Assembly: GCA_963740315.1 (NCBI GenBank) | Contig: CAVUDP010000001.1 | Span: 192,001-256,000, forward strand | Length of the DNA stretch: 64,000 bases | Source: an uncultured cyanobacterium | GTDB taxonomy: Bacteria > Cyanobacteriota > Cyanobacteriia > Cyanobacteriales > Nostocaceae | Direction: 5' to 3' | Shown here: piece by piece, positions 45,620 to 58,653 of the stretch | Position numbering within the stretch: position 1 is the first letter of the stretch | Layout: each line of letters opens with the position of its first letter | Translations under genes and position numbers: made by a program | Notes under the pieces: generated by a model | The model's input: only the letters and a program-made list of their open reading frames with translations | Database searches by the model: none | Told to the model about the DNA's origin: nothing

Positions 45620-45754
45620 CTAATAAATTATGCTCATTTTATCTAGTTTATAACATCGATTTTTACTGGTTGTCAAAATGAAATTTTATGATAAAACTAA
45701 TATGTTAACTCCTAAAAATATCAGAAATTAGTAATATTTTATTTTGGTAATTAT

Positions 45755-46993
45755 ATGCGAATCTTAATGCTTTCTTCTACCTTTCCTTATCCCCCCACTC
45801 GCGGAGGAACGGAGGTTAGAACCTTTAATTTACTTAAGTATCTGCAACGCCATCATGATATAACTTTAATTACGCAGTATAACAAAGATACTGCTGATGC
45901 AGAAGTAGAAGAATTACGCAGATGGGTAAGCGAATTAATTTTATTTCCCTTACCTTCAAAACCAAATCAAACAGTTAGCTTGTCAAATATATTGGCAAAA
46001 GGACGACGGTTTGTAGAGTCAGTTGTAAAAGCGACTCCTCCGAATGTGTTACATCGTTACTCTCCCGAAATTCAATCTATTGTTGATGACTACGTACATA
46101 ACGGTAAATGTGATGTAATTACCTGCGAACATAGCGTTAATGAAATATATATTCGACCGGAATTTAAGCATTCCGTAAAAACTGCGATCGATATCCATAG
46201 TTCTGTTTGTGGATGGACACGCGATCATTTGGAAATGGGCGCTTCTCCGAATGCTTGGCGCGATCGCCTGTATTTATCACTAGTACTCAAGCGCTATGAA
46301 AAACGTTATTGCAGTAAATTTTCGGATATTGTAGTCACTACTGAAGACGATCGCCAAGAATTCCTCAAACTACGTCCCGATTTGGATATTCAAGTAGTTA
46401 CTAATGGTGTTGATTTAGATATTTTTACTCCTCGTATTAGCGATCCTGGTGGATATAAACTCATTTTTGTGGGCGCTATGGATGCATCACACAACATTGA
46501 TGCCGCACGGTTTTTCGCGATCGAAGTATTACCCGAACTCCGCAAACGCTATCCCGAAACTACATTCATTATTGCAGGGGCACGTCCGACACCAGAAGTG
46601 ATAAAATTAGCCGAACATCCCGGTGTAGAAGTTACGGGACTGGTGACTTCAATTACTGAGTATCTGCATAAATCTACGGTTTGCGTCGTTCCTCTACGAA
46701 CGGGTTTTGGAATCAAAAACAAAACTCTCGAAGCAATGGCTGCTGGTGTTCCCGTAGTTAGTAGCGATCGCGGTTTGGAAGGACTCGCAGTAGATAGTGC
46801 AGACACGCCATTACGAGCATTACGTGCAAATCAGCCAGTTGAATACGTAGAAGCTATTAGCAAGTTGTTTGCAAATCCGCAGTTACGAAGCGAATTATCC
46901 CACAATGCCAGACAATTCATCGAAAATCAGTTTACCTGGGAAAGTGCGGGTGAACTTTACGAACAAATTTGTATGGGGAAGGTAAATCATTAG
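45755..46993 (+). CDS. Glycosyltransferase family 4
   Basis: MRILML..PYPPTRGG; GIKNKTLEAMAAGVPVV. Confidence 0.9.
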   Translation: MRILMLSSTFPYPPTRGGTEVRTFNLLKYLQRHHDITLITQYNKDTADAEVEELRRWVSELILFPLPSKPNQTVSLSNILAKGRRFVESVVKATPPNVLHRYSPEIQSIVDDYVHNGKCDVITCEHSVNEIYIRPEFKHSVKTAIDIHSSVCGWTRDHLEMGASPNAWRDRLYLSLVLKRYEKRYCSKFSDIVVTTEDDRQEFLKLRPDLDIQVVTNGVDLDIFTPRISDPGGYKLIFVGAMDASHNIDAARFFAIEVLPELRKRYPETTFIIAGARPTPEVIKLAEHPGVEVTGLVTSITEYLHKSTVCVVPLRTGFGIKNKTLEAMAAGVPVVSSDRGLEGLAVDSADTPLRALRANQPVEYVEAISKLFANPQLRSELSHNARQFIENQFTWESAGELYEQICMGKVNH

Positions 46994-47218
46994 AACCGCG
47001 ATCGGGGGAGACGTAGCAGTGCTACGTCTCTACAATTCGTCGGAACAAATATAAGAAATATTTTGATTAAAAAAGGTGGATGCTAATTGTCCGCCTTTTG
47101 TATTTTTGATAACTAATTTTGCCGCAAATCAGTATCTCTCGCTAGTATAAAAAAGGAAACAAACTTATACCCTTTGCGGTCAGGTAGTGCTGACTGATAT
47201 ATAGGCAAAATTACCCGT

Positions 47219-48058
47219 ATGGATACGAACGAGTTAAAGTTTTTACTGAAGTTGTTAGGGTGCGAAAATTACCGCTCGACCTTGAATAGCAATGCTTTCA
47301 AATCATTTAAGGGTAAAAACACAATTTGCCAAAGTTTAGGCGATCGCGACATCATCGATTATTCTCGCGAGATTGCTACTGTCAAAATTTTACCCCCCGG
47401 TCAAGCTTTGTTGGAACTTGATGCGGCGGAGATTCCTATCGAGCAGAAAGAACTTAAGATACTGGAGAATGTTGGTAAAGCTTCAGGTAAAGTTGCACCG
47501 AGTAAAATCAAATCTTCGTTGAAAGCTGCACAGAAGGAAGAGATATTAAAAAGTTTGGGCGATCGCGGATTAATTGAAACTGAAATCAAGATTAAAAGGA
47601 CGAAAGCTGAAGTATGGCTGACTGAGCGAGGAATTGAGTTATTACGAGATGAGTATACTCCCAAGAAGGGGACTAACCCAACTCTAAGTTTAGATTTACT
47701 CAATAATTACCTGCGCTTTTTACGGAAAACTCTACCTAATAAATCGGAACAAGCCAGTATTACCACGGAGTCTACTGTAGAGATTACTAATATTACTGAC
47801 GTAGAAATTTTACAAATCATCCAGAAATTAGATAAAGAGTTAGGTACTGAGAATTATTTGCCAATCTTCCATTTGCGGCAAAAATTACAACCCCCACTAT
47901 CGCGGGATGAGTTAGATAAAGCACTTTACCGCTTGCAAGCTGACGACAAAATTGATTTAGGTACTTTGCAAGAAGCTAGCGCTTACACTCCCGAACAGAT
48001 TGATACTGGTATCGTACAAAATGCTGGTGGTCCGCTGTTCTATATCACAGTTGAATAG
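47219..48058 (+). CDS. rcaD: RcaD-like DNA-binding protein (winged-helix repeats)
   Basis: MDTNELKFLLKLLG start and C-terminal YLPIFHLRQKL...SRDELDKALYRL wHTH, recalled from the cyanobacterial RcaD family. Confidence 0.6.
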   Translation: MDTNELKFLLKLLGCENYRSTLNSNAFKSFKGKNTICQSLGDRDIIDYSREIATVKILPPGQALLELDAAEIPIEQKELKILENVGKASGKVAPSKIKSSLKAAQKEEILKSLGDRGLIETEIKIKRTKAEVWLTERGIELLRDEYTPKKGTNPTLSLDLLNNYLRFLRKTLPNKSEQASITTESTVEITNITDVEILQIIQKLDKELGTENYLPIFHLRQKLQPPLSRDELDKALYRLQADDKIDLGTLQEASAYTPEQIDTGIVQNAGGPLFYITVE

Positions 48059-48100
48059 CAATATTATATTTTAATTCGCGACTCACACCACACTTTAATC

Positions 48101-50186
48101 ATGACATCTATCGATAATATTATTCAGCGTGAGGTCAATCCTTTTGGTCTTATAAATTTCAAACCGGGTAACTTTTGGGGAGAAAAACAAGATTCAAGTA
48201 ACAGCGTTGATTCAATTCATCAAGAAGTAATAACTGAAGTTGAAGAACTTCTCGATTTAGTTATTAGAGATAATCGTAGCCGTAGTTTGGTGCTTTTAGG
48301 TGACTCCGGTTCTGGTAAAAGTTATTTATTAGGTCGGCTCAAGCGTATCCTTAATTCTAAAGCCTTTTTCGCTTATATCGGTCCTTGGGCTGATAGCGAT
48401 TACATTTGGCGACACGTTTTACGTTCTACCGTTGATAGCTTAATTCAAATTCCCGAAGGACAACAAGATTCGCAGTTGATGCTGTGGCTGAAAAGCTTGT
48501 CAGCGTTTACGAAAAGCAATAATAATATTTGGCAGTTTTTGCAGAGCGATCGCCGTAAGTTTATTCAACATCTGAAAAGAACTTATAAAACAGCTGGACT
48601 TTTCAATCCCGACTTTTTTTTTGGTGTACTACACGATTTAACAGATCCAGAATTATATCCTATCGCTTGCGAGTGGTTGCGGGGGGATGACTTAAGTGAA
48701 GAGTCGATGGAAGCGTTAAAGGTTAGCAGATGTATTGAATCAGAAGATGCAGCTAAATACATTTTGGCAAACTTTGGCAGAATTTCAACTCAAACTCAAC
48801 CGATTGTTTTATGTTTTGATAATTTGGATAATATTCCTCGTTTGTCGGATGGTTCTCAGGATTTTCAATCTTTATTTAATGTCAATACAACTATTCATAA
48901 TAGCTATCTAAAAAACTTTTTAGTTATTATTAGCGTCATTACTGATACATTGAAAAAAAATCTTAAACACATCCAGCAAGCTGACAAATATAGAATTGAT
49001 AAAACATTAAAATTAAAACAAATTAACTTAGAACAAGTAGAAGCTCTTTGGGCTTATCAGCTAAAACCGTTACATCAAAAAGCAAATCCACAGCCGACAT
49101 CAGCCATTTTTCCGTTAAATAAGCAATTATTAGCAGAAAGTTTTCCCGGTGGTAAAGCTCTGCCTAGACGTACACTAACTTTAGCAAAAAACGAGTATTA
49201 CAGATATAAATTATCGCTGATAGATAGTACTGCAATACCACGACAAGAAGACAGCGCTAAAAATGTTAAATTTGGCGTTAAGATTCCAGGGCTAGATAAA
49301 CCCCCGTTAGTGATTACGACTACAAAAGAATCGAAAGACAGCCAAACAATTGCAGCCGAGTTTGAATTGCTATGGCAAAAGGAATATAAGAAAATTCAGG
49401 AGAAAACTAAAAAAATAACTTTATTATCAGCACCCGATTTGATTGGGATGTTAAAAGAAGCCTTGGAAGCATTAGAAACACAAGGAATTAAACCGAAACT
49501 TATTAGTGGAAAATATGCGGGTTATTCTTTGAGCTATCAACAACCTGGAAACGGCGAATCGCATAGGAATAGTTTGGACGGAAGATTCTAATATGACCAG
49601 CTTTTTTAATATTATGAATGCTTCTCTTAAGGCAATTCAAAAACAGCTTTGTGACAAACTATATTTGATTAGAATTGGTAGCGTTGGAAATGGAAAGCTC
49701 AAAGGTTATCAACTATATCAGCAGATATTCACGGGCACAGAAAATATCCATATTAAACCGAATCTACCTTCCGTTCACGTATTAGCTACCTATCATAGTT
49801 TGGTAAATGCTGCTGAAGCTCAAGAATTAGTAGTTTCCGGTAAAACTATCAAATTACAAGAATTGCAAAAATTAATTCGGGAATCTCAACTTTTAGATAA
49901 ATGTACTTTGCTACAGAATTTAGGAATTGTTGCGAAAAGTTCTGGAGAAGATAAAGATAAAACTAGAAGGGATTTTAGACAAGTACAAAATTTCCTATTT
50001 AATCTTGTCAAAACTGAAAAATGTATGGGATTTCCTAGTTTAATATCAAATTGTATGGCTGAGTTTTCTGATGTGAGTGAAAGTGATATTGGGTTGTTGA
50101 TTGAAGATTTATATCAAGCAAAAAAAGTTAAAATTATCAACCAAAAAGCGAAGTTACAAGATCGGTTGATTTTGTTGAATGTTTAA
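48101..50186 (+). CDS. P-loop AAA ATPase (RcaG-like), split by a frameshift near 49545-49560
   Basis: Walker A GDSGSGKS, Walker B IVLCFDNLD. The +1 frame reads RIGIVWTEDSN-MTSFF continuously into ORF 49593-50186. Confidence 0.75.
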
Positions 50187-50206
50187 TACGTGTTTGAATT
50201 TAACTA

Positions 50207-50316
50207 ACTCGTTCCTGGTTCCTCTGGCTGGGAACGCTTATCCGGAGGCTCTGCCTCTAGAATGGAGTGGAGGCAGAGCCTCTTGAAATGCATTACAAGG
50301 TAGAACCTTGTAACGA
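50207..50316. repeat. Multi-hairpin palindromic repeat (CTCGTT...GAGGCTCTGCCTC/GAGGCAGAGCCTC...AACGAG)
   Basis: Nested inverted repeats between the ATPase and FtsK-fusion genes. Confidence 0.7.
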
Positions 50317-50359
50317 GAAAACGAGAGACATATAGAAAAATATTATAATTATCAGCTAA

Positions 50360-53044
50360 ATGCACTACCTGACAGATGCTACTCAAATAAAAACCCAAAT
50401 CGATCGATTCCGCTCATCTAAAATACTATGGCTGGATACAGAAGTTGCTGACTATTGGACTCCTAAACCTAGACTTTCTTTAATTCAAGTATTAGCTAAC
50501 CCGAAAGATTCTACGGGTGAGTTTGCTTTTCTTCTCGATGTGTTGGATAAACCAGATTTAGCCGCATATTTTATTAAGCAAATTATGGTTAACCCCCAGA
50601 TAAAAAAGGTATTTCACAATGCTAGTTTTGATTTAAAATATCTGGGAGGTAAATTAGTTCCAAATGTTACCTGCACGCTGAAAATAGCTAGAAAAATTAC
50701 TCGTTATAAATTAAAAACTTCTAATTTAAAGCTCAAAACTCTGGCAAAAGAACTTTGCAGCTTTACTAATGTAGATGCTGATGGAGGAGCGAGCGATTGG
50801 GGAAAGCGTCCTCTTACACCTCAACAGTTAGATTACGCGGCGATGGATACGGTTTATCTAGCTGCCGTGCATCGCAGTTTATTAAAGTTCAATTCCGAAC
50901 GTGAAAATAATATTTTTAATATGGCAGCTAATACAAATAAATTTACTAAAAAAACCGATAGTTCATCTACAACCGTTACCAAAGTTAGAGTTGCATTTGA
51001 ATGTCCGCGTCTGTTTTATCTCAACGATAAATTTGGCGGTAATACATTATTTCTTCCCCGCGATACTGTAACTGGAATCGGTAAAATTTTCCACGATTTA
51101 GCAGATGAGTTTGTTAATTTGGCAATTGTTGAACCTAGATTTCAGCAATTATTTAAACCAGAAGCATCGCAGCTACAGGTAGAAACAGTTGTTGACGAAA
51201 TGCAGGAGATTTTTTTAAAAGCTAAATTTTCACCTTACTTAGAAAAAATTGTTGCCAAAGATAGCAGTAAAGCTCAACCAATGCTGCAAGTTTGGCATGG
51301 TTTGCGAGATGTAATTAAACGCTTTGCTGAAATTCTGATAATAAATAGACGCTATTGCAGTGCAGAAAGCGTAATTCGCAATACTTTTATTTCAGAAGAA
51401 CGTCAATTAGAACATTATTTTGATTTACCAAATGGAACCCGACAACAAGTTAGGGGAGAATTCGACTGTTTGCTATACAATTGCGATCGCAAACGTTTAT
51501 GCGTGCTGGAGTTCAAAACCTATCAACCCGTCGATCCATCAGCGCAATTAGCCCAAGTTTCTCTTTATAGTTATATGCTGCAACAAAAGCAGCAACTACC
51601 CGTAGATTCGGCGGTTTACTGCGTTTTACCGGAGTTCAAAGAGTATTATTATGATTGGGAACAGTTGGAAAACACGATACATCAGTTGATTCCCCACAAG
51701 TTACAGCAAATGCAAGATTGGTTAACTTCGGAACCACCTCTGGAGGTACCATCGACAAGTCAGCCTTATTTATGCGAAATTTGTCCGCAACAACAGAAAT
51801 GTCAAAGTTATTTTGGTGATGGGGTAGATTCCGATCGAATCGCTGTAGATAAAGAAGAACATGATTTAGGTAGCGACAACGGAAAATATACTGTTCCAGA
51901 CATTGAGATCCCCCCAACCCACGCCAGTCCCCTCAACGGAGGGAACCTCCGCACGGGGCTGGCTCCCCTTGAGGAAGGGGGGCTTAAGAAAGTTAATGCT
52001 GATGCAATTGGTGAGGAATTGGTAACTACTTTACAATCCTTTGGGATTAATGTAGATTTTATCGGCACTCTTATTGCACCTAGTTTTATTAGGGTGAAAA
52101 TAAAGCCTCAATCGGGTGTGAAATTTGTTTCTGTTTTAAAATTAGCCCCGGATTTACAGATACAAATGGGGTTAGAAAATCTACCGTTAATTGAGCGACA
52201 AGCTGGATACGTGAGCGTTGACTTACCCAATCCCAATAAACAAGCCGCTTTATTTGATGATTATTTAAAGCCACAAAAATTATCCAAATCTGCATCGGTA
52301 AAAATTGCTATCGGGGTAGATTTAGAAGGAAAATTAGTAGAAGCCGATTTATCAGATCCTAATACCTGCCACTTTTTAGTCGGTGGTACAACTGGAAGCG
52401 GTAAAAGCGAATTTTTGCGATCGCAACTTCTCAGTTTACTAGTTCGTTATTCTCCGCAACAGCTAAAAATTGCTTTGGTAGATCCCAAACGAGTTACTTT
52501 TCCCGAATTCGAGAAAATGCCGTGGCTGTATTCACAAGTGGTTAAAGATAGCGATAGTGCGATCGCGCTGATGGAAGATTTGGTAAACGAAATGGAATCC
52601 CGCTATCAGCGTTTTGAAACGGTTGGATGTGCTGATTTAGCCGCTTACAATCAACGTGCCGATAAACCTTTACCCCGCATCATCTGCATTTTTGATGAAT
52701 ATGCCGATTTTATGGCTGAAAAGGAATCTCGTACTGCTTTAGAACTAAGTATAAAACGTTTGGGTGCAATGGCACGCGCTGCCGGAATTCACTTAATTAT
52801 TGCTACACAACGTCCGGAAGCTAAAGTCGTTACACCGATAATTCGCTCTAATTTACCCGGAAGAGTTGCCTTGCGTACTGCCAGCGAAGCCGATTCTGCG
52901 ATCGTTTTGGGGGGTAAAAAAACCGCTGCTGCTTATCTTTTAGGTAAAGGCGATCTCTTATACCAAGTAGGCTCTCAACTGCATCGCTTACAAAGTTTAT
53001 ATGCGAAAAATATTGATTTGAAAGGAATGGAGAATTCCCTATAA
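50360..53044 (+). CDS. Fusion: RNase D-like DEDDy 3'-5' exonuclease + Cas4/AddB-like PD-(D/E)XK nuclease + FtsK/SpoIIIE ATPase
   Basis: Exonuclease: LDTE, HNASFD, YAAMD. Nuclease: ECPRLF, GEFD, LEFKT, CEICPQQQKC. FtsK: GTTGSGKS, IFDEYAD, ATQRP, LLGKGDLL. Confidence 0.85.
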   Translation: MHYLTDATQIKTQIDRFRSSKILWLDTEVADYWTPKPRLSLIQVLANPKDSTGEFAFLLDVLDKPDLAAYFIKQIMVNPQIKKVFHNASFDLKYLGGKLVPNVTCTLKIARKITRYKLKTSNLKLKTLAKELCSFTNVDADGGASDWGKRPLTPQQLDYAAMDTVYLAAVHRSLLKFNSERENNIFNMAANTNKFTKKTDSSSTTVTKVRVAFECPRLFYLNDKFGGNTLFLPRDTVTGIGKIFHDLADEFVNLAIVEPRFQQLFKPEASQLQVETVVDEMQEIFLKAKFSPYLEKIVAKDSSKAQPMLQVWHGLRDVIKRFAEILIINRRYCSAESVIRNTFISEERQLEHYFDLPNGTRQQVRGEFDCLLYNCDRKRLCVLEFKTYQPVDPSAQLAQVSLYSYMLQQKQQLPVDSAVYCVLPEFKEYYYDWEQLENTIHQLIPHKLQQMQDWLTSEPPLEVPSTSQPYLCEICPQQQKCQSYFGDGVDSDRIAVDKEEHDLGSDNGKYTVPDIEIPPTHASPLNGGNLRTGLAPLEEGGLKKVNADAIGEELVTTLQSFGINVDFIGTLIAPSFIRVKIKPQSGVKFVSVLKLAPDLQIQMGLENLPLIERQAGYVSVDLPNPNKQAALFDDYLKPQKLSKSASVKIAIGVDLEGKLVEADLSDPNTCHFLVGGTTGSGKSEFLRSQLLSLLVRYSPQQLKIALVDPKRVTFPEFEKMPWLYSQVVKDSDSAIALMEDLVNEMESRYQRFETVGCADLAAYNQRADKPLPRIICIFDEYADFMAEKESRTALELSIKRLGAMARAAGIHLIIATQRPEAKVVTPIIRSNLPGRVALRTASEADSAIVLGGKKTAAAYLLGKGDLLYQVGSQLHRLQSLYAKNIDLKGMENSL

Positions 53045-53095
53045 ATGTAGAGACGCGATATATCGCGTCTCTATATATCGTGTCTCTACAGAGGA

Positions 53096-54061
53096 TTAAT
53101 TGCGACCCAAATTCAACAACTCTTTAGGAGATGCGAGCATATCGATCGCCACAAAGAAGATTTTGCCTTCGGGATTTACCAAAAATCGCCATGCAATATT
53201 CATTCCAACGTTGGCACCAAACCAAGGTGTTTCTACTACACCAGTGATTTTTAACTGCTTGGAACCATCTGGACGAGATTCGGAGATACCTTTTTTAGGC
53301 ATCATATTCAACCCTTGGGCTTCTTCACGCATATATTTACCGATCGCCTGTTTGCCAGCAATTGGTTTGTGGAATGGGGGCTGTAGCGCACCATCATCAG
53401 CAAACAATGCTACAGCAGCATCGAAGTTATCTGCGTTCATTGATTCGATGTATTTGATTACCGCAGGCTCGGTAATACCATCAATTTGCACCTTTTTCGG
53501 AGCATTACTACTGCGTTCAAACTCTGGCTCTGCGATAGTTTTGGAACTGCTGGGGCGCATCTCCGAAGTATCGAATCCCATGTCTACAACGGTGTTACGC
53601 AGCACGGTAATTTGCTGACCTGCATCGAGGTTTTTAGTAGTTTCTAAAACTAGTTTCACGCCTTCGGACATTTGATAGTTAGCTGGAACAGGAGCAACTA
53701 CTCCCTGCTTCATCAATTCTCCTAACTCAAACCAAAATGCTAGCTTGGTGTTAACGCTGAAGAAACCATAAGAACGGCTGATGGGTGAGTCAGCGCGGTT
53801 AGCCAAATCTCGCATTACCTGAGTCTGTTCGTCAGCAGACATCTTCTTAATTTGAGTGAGCAAACTTTCTGCTAGCTGCAATCTTGCTGCTCCAGGTGCT
53901 GCGGGGGTAATTGTCTTACCCATTTCGGTATATGCATACCACAAATATGCTAATTTGTCATCTACACTAAGTTGATCGAACAGCGCGATGGTAGCAGGAA
54001 TTTGGCTGGGAAGCTGAGTTCCCTTGAAAATATTTTGAGCAGTATCGAGATTCAAAGCCAT
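53096..54061 (-). CDS. ocp: Orange carotenoid protein (full length, probably OCP2-type)
   Basis: LWYAYTEMGKTITPAAPGAA, NTKLAFW, GQQITVLR; NTF2-like C-terminus VETPWFG..NIAWRF..DMLASPKELL. Confidence 0.9.
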   Translation of the reverse strand: MALNLDTAQNIFKGTQLPSQIPATIALFDQLSVDDKLAYLWYAYTEMGKTITPAAPGAARLQLAESLLTQIKKMSADEQTQVMRDLANRADSPISRSYGFFSVNTKLAFWFELGELMKQGVVAPVPANYQMSEGVKLVLETTKNLDAGQQITVLRNTVVDMGFDTSEMRPSSSKTIAEPEFERSSNAPKKVQIDGITEPAVIKYIESMNADNFDAAVALFADDGALQPPFHKPIAGKQAIGKYMREEAQGLNMMPKKGISESRPDGSKQLKITGVVETPWFGANVGMNIAWRFLVNPEGKIFFVAIDMLASPKELLNLGRN

Positions 54062-54672
54062 GATTCTAATCTCCAATAATTCTTTCTATTAGCTGCCGAA
54101 AATTTTTAAAGCAAATACATCTTCGGCTTAACTGTATTTATGACAAAGGCTTTAACTCACCTTTTGTCCTCAATAACGTAACTGCCCTCAGCTACGAAGC
54201 TTTTTTTATCTGTTTTACGTTTCTGTAAATTAGCCTACCATTTTACATGAAATTTTGTAAATTTATTTTACGTAATATGTATGATAAATAATGGTAATAA
54301 TGTCTAAAAAGCTTATCTAGGAGCGATCGCAGAAACTTAACAACTACTGTTACTAATCCAATGACTGCGATCGCGGGCAAACAATGAAAATTGAATTAGA
54401 TAATTGTTTTGAATATTGTTGTTAAAAGAAGGTTAAATAAAATTTTTAAGTCATAGCTGTATATTTAAAGACTATTAACAAATAAAATAAATAGGTTAAG
54501 TGGGTTTACCAATCATCAACACACAGGTATAATCTGACTGCCTTCCGCACGAAAACATAATCAAATTTAATTTTTGCAATATTGAAAAACCTTAAATCTC
54601 GCTGTAATTTTCACTCTTATAGAGATATTTACGTTAACTAACTTGGAATGCGTTCTTCTGAGGACTTAAAAA

Positions 54673-55557
54673 ATGGGATATGTAATATCAACTGCAAATA
54701 TGAAAGGTGGCGTGGGAAAAACTACCCTTACCGTCAATTTGGCGACTTGTTTGGCGAAAAATCACGGTAAGCGGGTGCTTGTGTTGGATTTAGATACCCA
54801 AATCAGCGCTACCCTTAGTTTGATGTCGCCGATAGAGTTTGCTAAACTGCGAAAAAAAAGACGGACTTTAAGATATTTGATAGATGATATTGTTAAATCA
54901 TCAAATAGGGAAAAATTATCAATTCAAGAGATTATTCAACCTAGCGTTAACAACCTTTCCGGACTTGATTTATTACCGGGAGATATCGATCTCTACGACG
55001 AATTTACGATCTCACAAATGCTGCATCAACAAGCAGTAAATCTGGGTGAAAATAACTTTGAAGCAATTTGGAATCGTTTTGAAAGAGTGTTGCTGGGTAA
55101 GATATTAGAACCAGTACGCAATGATTATGATTTTATTTTGCTTGACTGCGCTCCCGGTTACAATCTTTTAACTCGCAGCGCTTTAGCTACTAGTAATTAT
55201 TACGTTCTTCCCGCAAAGCCCGAACCCTTATCCGTTGTAGGTATTCAGTTGTTAGAAAGACGTATTGCTCAGTTGAAAGAAAGTCACGAACACGAAGCAA
55301 AAATAGATATCTCAATGTTAGGAATCGTGTTTACAATGTCCAACAGTAATATGTTAACTGGCAGATATTATAAGCAAGTAATTAACCGCGTTTATCAGGA
55401 TTACGGCGCTGAAAAAATCTGTCAAACGCAAATACCCGTTGATGTAAATGTTGCTAAAGCAGTTGATAGTTTTATGCCCGTGGTGTTAAATAGTCCTCAA
55501 TCGGGAGGTTCTAAAGCTTTTACTCAATTGACTCAGGAATTATTAAATAAGCTTTAA
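54673..55557 (+). CDS. ParA family ATPase
   Basis: KGGVGKTT, VLDLDTQ, ILLDCAPG. Confidence 0.9.
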   Translation: MGYVISTANMKGGVGKTTLTVNLATCLAKNHGKRVLVLDLDTQISATLSLMSPIEFAKLRKKRRTLRYLIDDIVKSSNREKLSIQEIIQPSVNNLSGLDLLPGDIDLYDEFTISQMLHQQAVNLGENNFEAIWNRFERVLLGKILEPVRNDYDFILLDCAPGYNLLTRSALATSNYYVLPAKPEPLSVVGIQLLERRIAQLKESHEHEAKIDISMLGIVFTMSNSNMLTGRYYKQVINRVYQDYGAEKICQTQIPVDVNVAKAVDSFMPVVLNSPQSGGSKAFTQLTQELLNKL

Positions 55558-55648
55558 TTGGGGATTGGGGATTGGGCATTGGGCATTGGGCATTGGGCAT
55601 TGGTAATTGCTCTCACTTCTAACCAACAAGAAACCGGGTTTATGACAC

Positions 55649-55818
55649 TGGTGCTGTTCGGTTGGGTTGCGCTTAGCTTAACCCAACCTACGAAACTTAA
55701 AGCCTTTCTCAGTCTTCTTTAGAAGACTTTGTGTATTAGCCTTGGAATTAATTCCAAGGCGGTTGTTGAGAATGGTGCTGTTCGGTTGGGTTGCGCTAAC
55801 GCTTAACGCAACCTACGA
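55649..55818. repeat. Two REP copies (GTAGGTT..GTT family) with an intervening hairpin
   Basis: TGGTGCTGTTCGGTTGGGTTGCGCT..CTTAAC.CAACCTACGAAA twice. Confidence 0.75.
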
Positions 55819-55841
55819 AATCCAGTACAGCAATTGCACTT

Positions 55842-58123
<2,282 letters not shown>

Positions 58124-58360
58124 TTAGTTCAGTCCTTTTTATAGTTGCTGTGATGACCTAGTTCGAGATTGCATCTTGAGGCGATCGCGCAGGGTAAAGT
58201 TTGTTTTACAGCAATTTTTACATTATATGGAATATAAGGATTTCGGCGTTGCTTGATAAGTTATGTTAAATGTTTCTCTTCGTCAAATTCCCAGCGTTTA
58301 CTCAATTAACTCAGGAATTGTAATTGGTAATTGCAATGGGAGCATCTTGCTTCCTTAATT

Positions 58361-58392
58361 TGTTATACTATGTCTAATTATACTATGTGTAA
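58361..58392 (+). promoter_or_regulatory. Putative mazEF promoter/operator
   Basis: Extended -10 TGTTATACT overlapping a 15-bp tandem repeat TTATACTATGT(C/G)TAA x2, just before the antitoxin ATG. Confidence 0.55.
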
Positions 58393-58395
58393 TTT

Positions 58396-58653
58396 ATGAA
58401 AATCAAAGGTCAAATCAAAAAATGGGGGAATAGCTTAGGGTTAATCGTCCCTAGTTCGATAGTCAACGATCTCAAACTGGAGGCTAACACCAATATTTTG
58501 GTAAGTATAGAAGGCGATCGCTTGATTATAGAGCAAGATAAAACATTGCCAACTTTGGATGAAATCCTAGATAGTATTCCTGAAGATTACAGACATCCAG
58601 AAGACTTACAGGACTTTCCTCAGTCTGAACCACAGGGGAGAGAGTTAATTTGA
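58396..58653 (+). CDS. mazE: MazE/AbrB-type antitoxin
   Basis: IKKWGNSLGLIVP; PQGRELI end overlapping the toxin start. Confidence 0.85.
   Translation: MKIKGQIKKWGNSLGLIVPSSIVNDLKLEANTNILVSIEGDRLIIEQDKTLPTLDEILDSIPEDYRHPEDLQDFPQSEPQGRELI

Noticed and set aside
54673..55557. parA as evidence for a plasmid or integrated element
   Set aside because: No parB, rep or integrase nearby; it resembles orphan chromosomal cyanobacterial ParA and the context is housekeeping.
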